64,000 nt of DNA from an uncultured delta proteobacterium (GTDB lineage Bacteria; Desulfobacterota; Binatia; UBA9968): assembly GCA_963727625.1 (NCBI GenBank), contig CAVSHR010000012.1, positions 160,001-224,000 on the forward strand, read 5' to 3'. The translations under genes and the position numbers were made by a program. Positions 36,979-46,991 of this stretch are shown here, piece after piece (position 1 is the first letter of the stretch; the number at the start of each line of letters is the position of its first letter). The notes below the pieces were generated by a model. The model was not told the DNA's origin. It saw nothing but the letters and a program-made list of their open reading frames with translations, and ran no database searches.

Positions 36979-39708
36979 GTGGCCGCCGTTCATCCTCGAT
37001 ACTTGCCGGTGCCCTATCAGGACTCCGCTGAATCGGGCCGGTTAATCCTGCGCGATGGCACCACCGCAACGGTCCGCTTGGCGCGCCCTCAGGACCGCGA
37101 CTTGATGGCGGAGTTTTTTCGGACGCTTTCCCAGGATTCCCGACGGCGCAGGTTTTTGTCCGTATCCGAGCCTACCGCCAAGCTGATCGACTCGTTTTGC
37201 GACGACTCCGACGCGCGCAAACGTCTTTGTCTGGTCGTCACGCGCGCTTCGGACGGCGGCCCTCGCATTATCGCGGTCGCTAATTACATGGCTCATGATG
37301 AAGCGACGGCCGAAATCGCTTTGGCCGTCGACGACGCCTTCCAGGGCAAAGGAATCGGCTCGCTGCTGCTTGAGCGACTGGCGGTCCTGGCGGCGCGCCA
37401 TGGCTTTCGCCGTTTTTCTGCGATCATGATGCCTGACAATCAGCCGATGCTGGATGTTTTTCGTAATTCCGGCTTTGAATGTCGCTCCCGAGTCGATCAT
37501 GGTGACGTAGAAATCGATCTCTCGGTGTTGCCGAGCAAAACCAGCGTCGCTCGCGCCGAATTTTTCGATCGGGTTGCAACCGTCGCGTCGCTCCGCCCAT
37601 TCTTTCACCCAAGCTCGATTGCGGTCGTGGGCGCCTCCCGCAACCCGAGCCATATCGGCACGCGAATCCTAAACGCCGTCATCGGCGCCGGGTTCAAGGG
37701 CGACGTGTATCCCGTGAACCCCCATGTCGACATCGTGAGCGCGTTGCCGGCCTATGCCAGCGTGCGGCTGCTGCCCCACACTGCCGATCTCGTCGTGGTC
37801 GCCGTCCCCGCCGCCGCGGTCGATTCGGTGATCGACGATTGCGCCGCGCGCAGCGTGCGCGCCGTGATCGTGATAACGGCAGGATTCGCCGAAGTCGGCG
37901 CCGCAGGCCGCGAGCACCAACAAAAACTTCTGGAGAAAATCCGCGGCCACGGGATGCGCATGGTCGGCCCCAATTGCCTCGGCCTGCTCAATACCGATCC
38001 GGCGATTCGACTCAACGCATCCTTCGCGCCGGATTTTCCGCCGACGGGCAATATCGCATTTTGCTCGCAAAGCGGCGCCCTCGGCTTGGCGATGATCTCG
38101 TTGGCGGGCGAGCGCTCTCTTGGTCTTTCCAATTTTATCAGCGTCGGCAACAAGGCTGATATTTCCGGCAACGATCTCTTGCAATATTGGGAGGAAGACG
38201 AGGCGACCAAGGTCATCCTCCTGTATCTGGAATCTTTCGGTAATCCGCGCCGATTCGCGCGCATCGCCAAGCGCGTCAGCCGCGCCAAGCCGATCGTCGC
38301 GGTCAAAGCCGGCAGAACCGGCGCCGGCCGGCGCGCCGCGGGCTCGCACACCGCCGCGCTCGCCGCCGACGATGTCGCCGCCGACGCGCTGTTTCATCAA
38401 ACCGGCGTGATTCGCGCCGAGACCCTCGATGAAATGTTCGATCTGGCCGCCGCCTTGAGCAGCCAACCTTTGCCTAAAGGCCGCCGGGTCGCGATCCTGA
38501 CCAACGCCGGCGGCCTCGGCATCCTTTGCGCCGACGCCTGTGAAGCCAACGGCCTGCTGGTCCAGGAGCTCAGCGCCCAAACCAAGCAACGCTTGCAAGA
38601 ATTTCTGCCGCCGACGGCGAGCGTGACCAATCCCGTAGACATGATCGCATCGGCGAGCGCCAAGGATTTCCGCCGCGCCGTCGAGATTTTACTTGGCGCC
38701 GCGGAGGTGGACGCTCTGGTCGTTTTGACGATTCACGTCGCCCTTGCCGATATCGGGGCGATTGCCCGAGAGGTTCACGGCGCCGTCAACGCAGCGAGAG
38801 CCGACGGGGAAGTCAGAAAACCGGTGCTCACCTGCATCATGGACGGTGTCAGGGCGGCGCAGGGCACGCCCCGCGGCGCCGTGCGGCTGCCCAACTATGC
38901 TTTCCCCGAGAACGCCGCGCGCGTCCTGGGTAAATTGGCGCGCTACGCCGAGTGGCTCGCTCAGCCGGTGGGCATTTTCCTCGAATTGAAAGATATTCGC
39001 CCGCAAGATGCGCGGATCATCTGCCGCCAGGCCGAGGAGCGTCACGGCGGCGGCTGGTTGTCGGGAGAAGAAACTCGCGCGATTCTATCCGCGTTTGCAT
39101 TGCCCCTGCCGCCGGGCGGGATTTGCCGCGACGCCGACCAAGCGGCGCAGATGGCGCGCCAAATAGGCTTTCCCGTCGCCCTCAAGCTCGCTTCACGCAC
39201 CATCGTGCACAAGAGCGAAGTCGGCGGCGTGCGGCTGGACCTCGCGGATGAAACCGCGGTACGCCAAGCTTACGCGGAGATCCGGCAACGCCTCATCGGC
39301 GCACAACAGCTCGATGCCATGGACGGCGTCTTGGTCCAGCCGATGATCGCCGGCGGCGTCGAAATCATGATCGGCGTGACTCAGGATCCGTTGTTCGGAC
39401 CGTTGATCGGTTTCGGTCTCGGCGGCATTCATGTGGAGATTTTGCGCGACGTCTGTTTCCGCGTCACGCCGATCACCGACCGCGACGCGGCGGAAATGGT
39501 GCGCAGTATCAAAGGCTATCGGCTCTTGGAAGGCTACCGCGGCCACCCGCCGGCCGACATCGCCGCCATCGAAGATCTACTGTTGCGCGTGGCCCGGCTG
39601 GTCGAAGAAGTGCCGCAGATCGTCGAGCTGGATCTCAATCCCGTCATCGCGTTGCCGCCGGGCCGAGGCTGTTGGATTGTCGATGCAAGAATTCGTGTAG
39701 AGGCCTGA
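36979..39708 (+). CDS. GNAT N-acetyltransferase fused to ADP-forming acyl-CoA synthetase domains (Pat/ACD-like)
   Basis: N-terminal QGKGIG GNAT; IAVVGAS, GPNCLG, SQSGA, GNKAD, SHT, TNAGG, NPVD, HKSEVGGV, ELDLNP. Confidence 0.92.
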   Translation: MAAVHPRYLPVPYQDSAESGRLILRDGTTATVRLARPQDRDLMAEFFRTLSQDSRRRRFLSVSEPTAKLIDSFCDDSDARKRLCLVVTRASDGGPRIIAVANYMAHDEATAEIALAVDDAFQGKGIGSLLLERLAVLAARHGFRRFSAIMMPDNQPMLDVFRNSGFECRSRVDHGDVEIDLSVLPSKTSVARAEFFDRVATVASLRPFFHPSSIAVVGASRNPSHIGTRILNAVIGAGFKGDVYPVNPHVDIVSALPAYASVRLLPHTADLVVVAVPAAAVDSVIDDCAARSVRAVIVITAGFAEVGAAGREHQQKLLEKIRGHGMRMVGPNCLGLLNTDPAIRLNASFAPDFPPTGNIAFCSQSGALGLAMISLAGERSLGLSNFISVGNKADISGNDLLQYWEEDEATKVILLYLESFGNPRRFARIAKRVSRAKPIVAVKAGRTGAGRRAAGSHTAALAADDVAADALFHQTGVIRAETLDEMFDLAAALSSQPLPKGRRVAILTNAGGLGILCADACEANGLLVQELSAQTKQRLQEFLPPTASVTNPVDMIASASAKDFRRAVEILLGAAEVDALVVLTIHVALADIGAIAREVHGAVNAARADGEVRKPVLTCIMDGVRAAQGTPRGAVRLPNYAFPENAARVLGKLARYAEWLAQPVGIFLELKDIRPQDARIICRQAEERHGGGWLSGEETRAILSAFALPLPPGGICRDADQAAQMARQIGFPVALKLASRTIVHKSEVGGVRLDLADETAVRQAYAEIRQRLIGAQQLDAMDGVLVQPMIAGGVEIMIGVTQDPLFGPLIGFGLGGIHVEILRDVCFRVTPITDRDAAEMVRSIKGYRLLEGYRGHPPADIAAIEDLLLRVARLVEEVPQIVELDLNPVIALPPGRGCWIVDARIRVEA

Positions 39709-39899
39709 GGGCAGAAAGGACCGTAGCCTGACGCACAACGAGGAAACATCTCCCGAGCTAAGGTCGATTTCCATCGAGACTCTCGGCAATAAGTGACGCG
39801 CAGATTGCCGGGTGAGCTCGACGCTCTCGCGCTCATCGGCGCTAGGGTCAGAGGCCCGCCATCTTCTCCGTCATGGTCTGCGTGCCACCGCCGTCATCG

Positions 39900-40574
39900 T
39901 CATGGGGATACGCTTTTCTTCCGCAGCGTTACTCGAAATAATTTTCGCGGCAGTCTTCCTTCCTCGAATTCATCGACACTAACGATGTCATAACCCTTGG
40001 CCAGATGCATCACTTTTTTTCTGCTGAAGAAATGCACAACAAATCCTCCCGCTTCATACATATCCTTCCCTCTGTGGACTCCCGTTCCGTAATCCGGATC
40101 ATCGGTGTTCCTGACCGTGTAAATGTTGAGTCCTGCCGGTTTCAACACTCGCCTCACTTCGTCCGAAAGGAATTGGAGCTCTGGAGTTGTTAGTGCCATG
40201 CAGTACAACATATGGGAGTAACACCCATCAAACGTTTCGTCGTCGAAAGGGAGCGGGTGCCGTACATCGTGCTGCAATGCCGTAATGGAGCTGGACAAAC
40301 CGGTGTTACGCGCATTATTGGCAATCGCCTCAACCGCGCTTTCGGCGTAATCGAGCGCATCGATCAGAAATCCATTTTGGGCAAAAAAGAGCGTATCTCT
40401 GCCTTGCCCGCTGCCGAGTTCGAGAATTCTTTTCTTGCTTTCCTTCTTGAACATTTCGACAGCGGCCCGAGCGGCATCGCTGGGCCCGGCGCCAAACATA
40501 TCGGGCTTTTGGGCAAACGTTTTCCGCCAGTGCTGGTGTTGCGCGTCCAAAATTTTTTTTACTTCAATCTGCAC
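39900..40574 (-). CDS. class I SAM-dependent methyltransferase
   Basis: LELGSGQGRD; LPF....FD..YSHM; RVLKP.G. Confidence 0.88.
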   Translation of the reverse strand: MQIEVKKILDAQHQHWRKTFAQKPDMFGAGPSDAARAAVEMFKKESKKRILELGSGQGRDTLFFAQNGFLIDALDYAESAVEAIANNARNTGLSSSITALQHDVRHPLPFDDETFDGCYSHMLYCMALTTPELQFLSDEVRRVLKPAGLNIYTVRNTDDPDYGTGVHRGKDMYEAGGFVVHFFSRKKVMHLAKGYDIVSVDEFEEGRLPRKLFRVTLRKKSVSP

Positions 40575-40586
40575 GTGCTAATGCCG

Positions 40587-41018
40587 TCACTTCTTCACAA
40601 TCAGCACCGGGCACTCCGCGTAACGGAGCGTTCGCTCGGCAACACTGCCGAGCAACAAGCGGCGCAAGCCGGTTCTGCCGTGGCTGCCCATGACGATCAT
40701 CGACACGCGCAGCTTTTTCGCCTGACGCGCAATAATCTCGGCGAAGTCCGTGCCCCGAGCCAAAACCAGCTTGCACTCCTCTGCTCGCAAACGTTTTCTT
40801 TTCGCCAATTTTTCGAAATTCGCCCGGGCGTCGCGCTCCAGAAATCGGTAGAAGTCCAAACTGCCGGCAACCGGCGGATAGACCAGCTCAGCGGGAATCA
40901 CGTGCAGGGCGATGACCTTGCCTTTGTTTTGGCGCGCCATCTTCAGGGCGTAGTCCAGCGCCCGCTCCGAGCCGCGCGAAAAATCGATGGGCACGAGATA
41001 AAGATCCGCTTTCGCCAT
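40587..41018 (-). CDS. universal stress protein
   Basis: LVPIDFS; MIVMGSHGRTG....LGSVAE..LR...CPVLIV. Confidence 0.92.
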   Translation of the reverse strand: MAKADLYLVPIDFSRGSERALDYALKMARQNKGKVIALHVIPAELVYPPVAGSLDFYRFLERDARANFEKLAKRKRLRAEECKLVLARGTDFAEIIARQAKKLRVSMIVMGSHGRTGLRRLLLGSVAERTLRYAECPVLIVKK

Positions 41019-41041
41019 AACCCCTCCCCGGGACATGTCCG

Positions 41042-42733
41042 TTAGCGAAGTCCGGCCAGCTCTTGCAGCGTGCGCCAATTCTGCAACCGATCGGCTTGAG
41101 CCAGTAACAACGCGTCCGAAGGACGGCCCTCTTCATCGAACTGCTTGGCGAAACGCCCTTCAGTACGGGCAAAATCGATAAAGGACACCGGTTTGTCGCC
41201 GCGAGGCGGGGTCCACCAGTCTTCTTTTTGCGCCGGATTACCTACCAGGCTCAAATGTTCGCGGAGCTTTTCGCCTTTTCTCGGATCGTAGACAAACAGC
41301 GGGAACGCGCGGCTCTCGACTGCCAGCTTTGCCTGACCCGCTGAGTTGCAGTCCGGCACGCCATGCTCGGGCTGGCAAGTGGTATAGACATTGATCACAG
41401 CGGGGCCGGGATATTCGTTCGCTTCCATCACCGCTTTGTAAAAATGGTTGATATGCGCCGCCGTGGTTTGCGCCACGTAGACTTCGGGATGCATGAAACA
41501 GATCTGCGCTAGCTCTTTGCGCCGTTCGCGCTTTCCATGTGAGGCTTTTCCGAAAGCCGCCATCTTTGCTTCTTGTCCGGAAAAAGTTGCAGTCGACGCT
41601 TGGCCGCCGGTATTGGAATAAACCTGGGTGTCGAGCACCAGGACGTTGATATCCATGCCGCTCGCCAGCATGCGGCTCAGGCTCTGAAAGCCAATATCGT
41701 ACATGGCGCCGTCGCCGCCGATCACCCAGAGTTTTTTCTTCTCCCACCCGCGCTGGTTCCAGCGCGCGCGGATGCCCATCGCATCCGCCGGGCCGTTTTC
41801 GAATAACGAATTCGTCCATGGAACAAGGTAAGGATTGTACGGGTAAGTCGATCCGTAAACCGTATTGCATCCGGTGGAAGCGACGATGCCGATGTTTTCC
41901 GGACCGTTGACGAATCCGGTTGCCGCCAACATCATGCGAATCGCCGTCGCTTCACCGCAACCCATGCACGAGCCGGCGCCGCCGACGTAAAGCAAAGATC
42001 GCTCCTCGGCAAGCATGAAGTCGGCGAATGCGCGCTCATTGATATATTGTTCGGGCGTCGGGCCGATCTTGCGGAAGTGATTGAAAGCCGAGCGGTAGCG
42101 CGGCACGGTCTTTTCGTCTTTCGCCACCATCTTGAGCGCGTGGTAGTCCAACTCGTCGCACACCTGCACGCATTCCGCGCAGCCTTTGCACTTGGTCGGA
42201 TCGATGAAGATGCCGAATAACGCGCCTTCATCGCCTTTCTTCGCCGGCACATCGAAGTATTTTTTGGTGCGCGCCCAGTGCGACTTCACCCATTCACGTT
42301 CGCCGTCGTCCGTGATTTCCGTCAGCGCCTTTTCGACCTTCGATGCCGGAATCGCTTTGCCGAGAATCGCCGTGTCCGGACATTCGGTAACGCAGCTCAT
42401 GCAGCCGACGCATTTTTCTAAATCGAACTTGGGAATCTCCTGCGCGATATAGCTAAAATCCCGCAGGGCTCCGGTCCCGGCCGGAATCAGGCTGCGCGCC
42501 ACGCCGAGATCAGCGGGCAAAACGGCAGAACCCTTGCCCTCCTGGTAGGCGCCGATTACACGCCGATTGAAATCGTCGACGTACATATCGAGATCGAGGT
42601 CGATAAGATGCGTATCGGCAAAGGTCGCTTCGTGGGTTTCCATCGCCACGCCGGCCCGCTTGATGCCGGGTACTGCGGCGATCTCATCAGTACCGCCTTC
42701 TAAGGGATTAAAGAGCGTATCCTGTTCAGCCAT
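41042..42733 (-). CDS. pyruvate/2-oxoacid:ferredoxin oxidoreductase, ferredoxin + ThDP-binding subunit
   Basis: CVGCMSCVTECP and CKGCAECVQVC; GSC.GCGE; GGDG.MYDIG; YSNTGGQ. Confidence 0.9.
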   Translation of the reverse strand: MAEQDTLFNPLEGGTDEIAAVPGIKRAGVAMETHEATFADTHLIDLDLDMYVDDFNRRVIGAYQEGKGSAVLPADLGVARSLIPAGTGALRDFSYIAQEIPKFDLEKCVGCMSCVTECPDTAILGKAIPASKVEKALTEITDDGEREWVKSHWARTKKYFDVPAKKGDEGALFGIFIDPTKCKGCAECVQVCDELDYHALKMVAKDEKTVPRYRSAFNHFRKIGPTPEQYINERAFADFMLAEERSLLYVGGAGSCMGCGEATAIRMMLAATGFVNGPENIGIVASTGCNTVYGSTYPYNPYLVPWTNSLFENGPADAMGIRARWNQRGWEKKKLWVIGGDGAMYDIGFQSLSRMLASGMDINVLVLDTQVYSNTGGQASTATFSGQEAKMAAFGKASHGKRERRKELAQICFMHPEVYVAQTTAAHINHFYKAVMEANEYPGPAVINVYTTCQPEHGVPDCNSAGQAKLAVESRAFPLFVYDPRKGEKLREHLSLVGNPAQKEDWWTPPRGDKPVSFIDFARTEGRFAKQFDEEGRPSDALLLAQADRLQNWRTLQELAGLR

Positions 42734-42735
42734 GA

Positions 42736-43155
42736 TCAATCCTCTAATACGGGTTTGTCGGCAACATGTTTCGCCAAATCGGTGACCGATAGGACACCGA
42801 TGGGTTTAAGATGACCCTGGGCCGTCTCGACGACGACCAAACGGTGAATATGCTTTTCATTGAGCAACTGCACCGCCTCGCTGATCGTCGTCTCCATCGA
42901 AACACTGATCACCGGCTTGCTCATGATATGTTCGGCGTTCAGACCGCGCCAATGTTTCATGTAAGGTTCGACGAAGCGCGCATTGACAAGATCGGTGCGT
43001 GATATTACCCCGACGGCATGCTTTAAAGCGTCGACGACGACAAGGGCGCTGATGTCGTTGGCGGCCAAAGCCGCTGCAACATCCTCGATCGGCGTCTCAG
43101 GACGACAAGTAATCACGCCGCGGTGCATCCAATCTTGAACTTTTTTATCCTGCAT
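42736..43155 (-). CDS. CBS domain pair protein
   Basis: Two CBS repeats (GVISRTDL; GVLSVTDL). Confidence 0.9.
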   Translation of the reverse strand: MQDKKVQDWMHRGVITCRPETPIEDVAAALAANDISALVVVDALKHAVGVISRTDLVNARFVEPYMKHWRGLNAEHIMSKPVISVSMETTISEAVQLLNEKHIHRLVVVETAQGHLKPIGVLSVTDLAKHVADKPVLED

Positions 43156-43168
43156 CTTGTCCCTCGTC

Positions 43169-45109
43169 CTAGGCCGCGGCGATCATTACTTCGCGCGGGA
43201 TCTCCAGCGCCTCGCTTCGCCCGCGGCGCACCGCTTCCAAGTTCTCCTGCACGACCTGCTCGCCGCGCTTGCCGAAAAACTTGCGTAACGACTTTTCTAT
43301 GGCGGCAAAAACAGCAGCTTCCTCAAGCTGTCGTTCCTGGATGAACGGCGCCACGCGCAAAAACACGCCGAGCAGGACAATGCCCTGCATGCGCTGGGCG
43401 AGCTCGCGATGACTGCTCAATTCTTGCGCGACTTTCACCGCATCGAGCGCCAACACACGAATGCGATTTTCACAAATAAACTTCCTTGCAGGGGCCGGGA
43501 TACTAGACCAAATCTGGCCGGCATCGCGGCTTGGATGTTGAACGAAAACCGTGCCGCCGGGGACCAAGCCCGCGAGCGGATTGCCGAGATTAAATGCGTT
43601 GACGTTGTTTAACGGGACAAAATCGACTTGGCGTAATTCGGCGTGGATGCCGATCGGCTCGTCTGCGACGGTCAGAAAATAGGTCGTCGGCAAACCCTTT
43701 TTCTCCGAGCCGTACATTGGATAGGCTTGCACTTGCAAGCCGAATAGGTCGCCGACGATGGTTGCAATGACTTTGTTCGTCGTCACTGAACCGTAGCCGC
43801 CGATCGAGTGCCCACGCATGGAAAACGCCCCTTTCGGCCGCACGTCCGGCTCCGTATCTACCGAAAGGCTAAGCGGATGTTCAAGACCCAATACGAAAAA
43901 GCGCTGCGGCTTATTGTCGCGCATGTGTTCAAAGACGGCGACGCAATCGCCGGGTCGAATATCGCGGCTGCCGAGACCGGCGGCGCCGGAATAAACTGTC
44001 GGCGCATGATCGATCTTCGGATAGTCCGGCGCGCCGGACAGAGCATCGGCAAACGCGGCCTTAATTTCGGCGGTCAATGGATTGGATTGCGCCGTCGGAT
44101 TGTCCATTCGTTCAAGGATTGCGATCGCTTTGGCGCCCTTTAAAGCTTCGACGATTTCGGCGCCCGGAAACGGGCGAAAACTGGTCACGTGCAACGTACC
44201 GACCTTGATACCTGCATGCGCGCGGAGATACTTTGCCGTCGCGGTCGCGGTTTCGATTAGACTGCCCATGCCGACGATCACGTATTCGGCGTCGTCCAGC
44301 GCGTATCCGCCGGTCATGCCGTAGCGTCGTCCGGTCAGGCCATAGAATTCATCCATGACGCGCTTCATGATCACCGGAATGCGCTCGTAGAAATAACGCT
44401 GCGCGATTTTGCCTTTCATGTAGCTGTCCTGATTTTGCACGACGCCGCTCATGATCGGGTGCGCCGGGTCCATTAAATTACGCAACCGGTGTTCCCCGCT
44501 CGGGTCGCCGATGAATTGCTGCATCGCTTCCGCTTCCGGCAAACAGAGGCTTTCAATCGTATGCGTGGTCAGAAAACCGTCCTGAATATTGAAAAACGGC
44601 GTCTCCGATTCTTCGGCGATGCGCCGCGCGATCAGCGCCAGATCCCCAGCTTCCTGAACATTGCGCGCGAACAGCATTCCCCAGCCGCAGTCGGCCACGC
44701 CCATGACATCGTCGTGGCCGGCGTGAATATTGAGTCCCTGCGAGGTCAACGCCCGCGCGCCGATGTGAAATACCGCCGGCAAACGCTTGCCGGCAATGAC
44801 GTAGAGCACCTCTTTCATCAGAATCAGTCCCTGGCCCGACGTGAAATTCGCTACGCGTCCGCCGGCAAGAGCGAAGCCTTCACAGGTGCTGGCGGAGCTG
44901 TGCTCGGATTCCAATTCAAGAAAAGCCAGCGGCTCGCCCCAGAGATTTTTCTGCCCGTTGGCCACAGCCAACTGATAGCCGCCGCCCATGTTGGTGGACG
45001 GCGTGATCGGATAGGCGCACGCCCCTTGAGTGATATGCGTCTCAACCCAGACGACCGCTTCGGAACCGTCGGCCGTCGTCGGAATACCAGGGAAAGGAAA
45101 TGAACTCAT
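43169..45109 (-). CDS. pyruvate/2-oxoacid:ferredoxin oxidoreductase, N-terminal (alpha+gamma) subunit
   Basis: YPITPST; ESEH; FTSGQGL; QDGFLTTH; YGSEKKG; ATG overlaps the upstream stop (ATGA). Confidence 0.9.
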   Translation of the reverse strand: MSSFPFPGIPTTADGSEAVVWVETHITQGACAYPITPSTNMGGGYQLAVANGQKNLWGEPLAFLELESEHSSASTCEGFALAGGRVANFTSGQGLILMKEVLYVIAGKRLPAVFHIGARALTSQGLNIHAGHDDVMGVADCGWGMLFARNVQEAGDLALIARRIAEESETPFFNIQDGFLTTHTIESLCLPEAEAMQQFIGDPSGEHRLRNLMDPAHPIMSGVVQNQDSYMKGKIAQRYFYERIPVIMKRVMDEFYGLTGRRYGMTGGYALDDAEYVIVGMGSLIETATATAKYLRAHAGIKVGTLHVTSFRPFPGAEIVEALKGAKAIAILERMDNPTAQSNPLTAEIKAAFADALSGAPDYPKIDHAPTVYSGAAGLGSRDIRPGDCVAVFEHMRDNKPQRFFVLGLEHPLSLSVDTEPDVRPKGAFSMRGHSIGGYGSVTTNKVIATIVGDLFGLQVQAYPMYGSEKKGLPTTYFLTVADEPIGIHAELRQVDFVPLNNVNAFNLGNPLAGLVPGGTVFVQHPSRDAGQIWSSIPAPARKFICENRIRVLALDAVKVAQELSSHRELAQRMQGIVLLGVFLRVAPFIQERQLEEAAVFAAIEKSLRKFFGKRGEQVVQENLEAVRRGRSEALEIPREVMIAAA

Positions 45110-45348
45110 GCTTTCTCCTGTGAAATTCGCCATAAGTATTGAAAGCCGCGCAGCAAATCGCCGGCGGTAAAAAGCGGCACGAGGTAACCCGTGTCATCAA
45201 GGACAACCATCGGCCCGAGGCGCGGATTGCGCGCCATTGGAGTATGTTCTGGGGCTATCAGTGCGTCCTCCACCGGAAATTCTTCATACGCCTGCGCCAT
45301 CTTTTCAAAGATCAAATCGTGCTCGTGATCGTTGGTCGTGGCTGTCAT
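45106..45348 (-). CDS. small hypothetical protein leading the PFOR operon
   Basis: ATGA coupling to the PFOR gene; sigma54 promoter upstream. Confidence 0.65.
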   Translation of the reverse strand: MTATTNDHEHDLIFEKMAQAYEEFPVEDALIAPEHTPMARNPRLGPMVVLDDTGYLVPLFTAGDLLRGFQYLWRISQEKA

Positions 45349-45389
45349 ATTTCATGCCCCCGCTAACCCAACCGCTAAACTGATTACGT

Positions 45390-45405
45390 CGCAAGGCCAA
45401 TGCCA
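45390..45405 (-). promoter_or_regulatory. sigma54 promoter
   Basis: TGGCATTGGCCTTGCG, near-consensus TGGCAY-N5-TTGC. Confidence 0.75.
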
Positions 45406-45644
45406 GCCCAAGTGCAACTGTATCAACGGTACCGGCTCAGTGATTTTTCATTACTAGGAAAAGTGGCTCTCCCCTTTATCAGGGATGCGAAGACTTTACT
45501 TGCGGCCATGCAGTGGACGACGAAGTAAACTACGGTCAGCGCGGGCCCGTAGCTCATCACGGAATAGCCGCTCAGTACGTTTGCCGCGGCGCCGGCGAAT
45601 TCCTTGAAAAAGCCGACATTGAGGATGAGCCGTGATTCTCCCCG

Positions 45645-46988
45645 TTACAGCCCGAAATGATAGCGGATGCGCAACTCGACGCGGTAGTCGTTTTGTTTCT
45701 CGCCGAACTCAGTACCCCTCTTTCCCAGCAGAAAGGCCGTGCGAAAACGCAACTCGAGATTCGTCAGCGGGCTGTAAGCGAGCTCTGGAATCAGGTTCAA
45801 GCTGCCGTCGGTCAGGTTGACGATGGAGGTGAGCGCCGGCGTCAAATAAAGAATATCGAAGGGCTCCTTCTGACTGGCCCGAAAATATAAGTAGTGTCGC
45901 GCCGGATTGACTCTGCCATAGGGACCGTCGAGCAACTTCGCCGCGCGCCGGATGCTGCTGTCGTTGCCGGTGTTTTTGAAAGTTCGATAACTGTCATCTA
46001 CGAAAGTGATGAAGTCTTTGATCTGCGCTCGGCTATAGCCGCCGCCGTTATGATAATATTCGAGTAAGTAGGTGGTCTCTTGCTCGCTCAAGTAACGCAG
46101 CCCCAGGAGATAACTAAGCGCATCCGATTGCGTCTGGTATCCTTGCCCGTTCGCGTGAATGGCCATCGCATCGAGGTTGTTCACCGCGGCGAACTCGCCG
46201 TGGACTTCCAAATTGGTCGTGAGGTTCCTGGAAAAATCGAAACCGTAGCGGGTAGTGCGGCTCTGTCCGGTCAACACCATGAAGTCGATGTCGGTGTCAT
46301 AGAGCAACAGATAGAGCTTAGACGCGAAATTGGTTCGGCGCGGCTCGCCGAACTTGGCGTTGATGTATTTGTAAACTGGGATGATCGCGGTCGTCAGCGT
46401 CAAGGTTTTGAGCGGGCCGTTGAAGCTGCGAATATAATCCGCAGTCGCGACGGTACTGCCCTCCAGTGCCTCTTCGGGATCTTCCGGGTTTTTTGGCCGA
46501 TCGATAAAACTGACCGGATTCCAGGCGTAGCCCTTACCCCACTTCATGACTTTCTTGCCCGCTTCGAAAATAAAATTCTCGTTGGGCTTTGCCGACGCGT
46601 AGGCTTCGAACAGCTTGGTATCCTCGTCCCATCCCTGAAAATCATTGCGCACGAGCGTATCGGTCTTGAAAAACATCGAGAACCAGTCTTTCTTGTAGCT
46701 TCCTTCCAGGCGCAGGCGAAAGTTGTATTGATCGAAAAGACTATCTTGTCGATCTTTGAAAAAGCGCGCGCGCGAAACCGCCGAGTCGCGATCGATCCCC
46801 AACAGCGTGGGTTGAAATTCGAATAAACCGCCCAGGCTGTAGGGCTTGTCGGCTACCTTGTCGACTTCCTTCTGCAACTCCGAAAGATCGATCTCGAACT
46901 TACGCTTCTCTTGTGGCTGTTCTTGGGAATACAGGTTCGATGCTAACAACAAGACCGAGAGGAGAACCGCCAGTTTTGCGAAAACCAT
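45645..46988 (-). CDS. putative outer-membrane beta-barrel protein
   Basis: Signal peptide; EAY, GK....WG motif, alternating aromatic strands, C-terminal RYHF. Confidence 0.7.
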   Translation of the reverse strand: MVFAKLAVLLSVLLLASNLYSQEQPQEKRKFEIDLSELQKEVDKVADKPYSLGGLFEFQPTLLGIDRDSAVSRARFFKDRQDSLFDQYNFRLRLEGSYKKDWFSMFFKTDTLVRNDFQGWDEDTKLFEAYASAKPNENFIFEAGKKVMKWGKGYAWNPVSFIDRPKNPEDPEEALEGSTVATADYIRSFNGPLKTLTLTTAIIPVYKYINAKFGEPRRTNFASKLYLLLYDTDIDFMVLTGQSRTTRYGFDFSRNLTTNLEVHGEFAAVNNLDAMAIHANGQGYQTQSDALSYLLGLRYLSEQETTYLLEYYHNGGGYSRAQIKDFITFVDDSYRTFKNTGNDSSIRRAAKLLDGPYGRVNPARHYLYFRASQKEPFDILYLTPALTSIVNLTDGSLNLIPELAYSPLTNLELRFRTAFLLGKRGTEFGEKQNDYRVELRIRYHFGL

Positions 46989-46991
46989 CGT

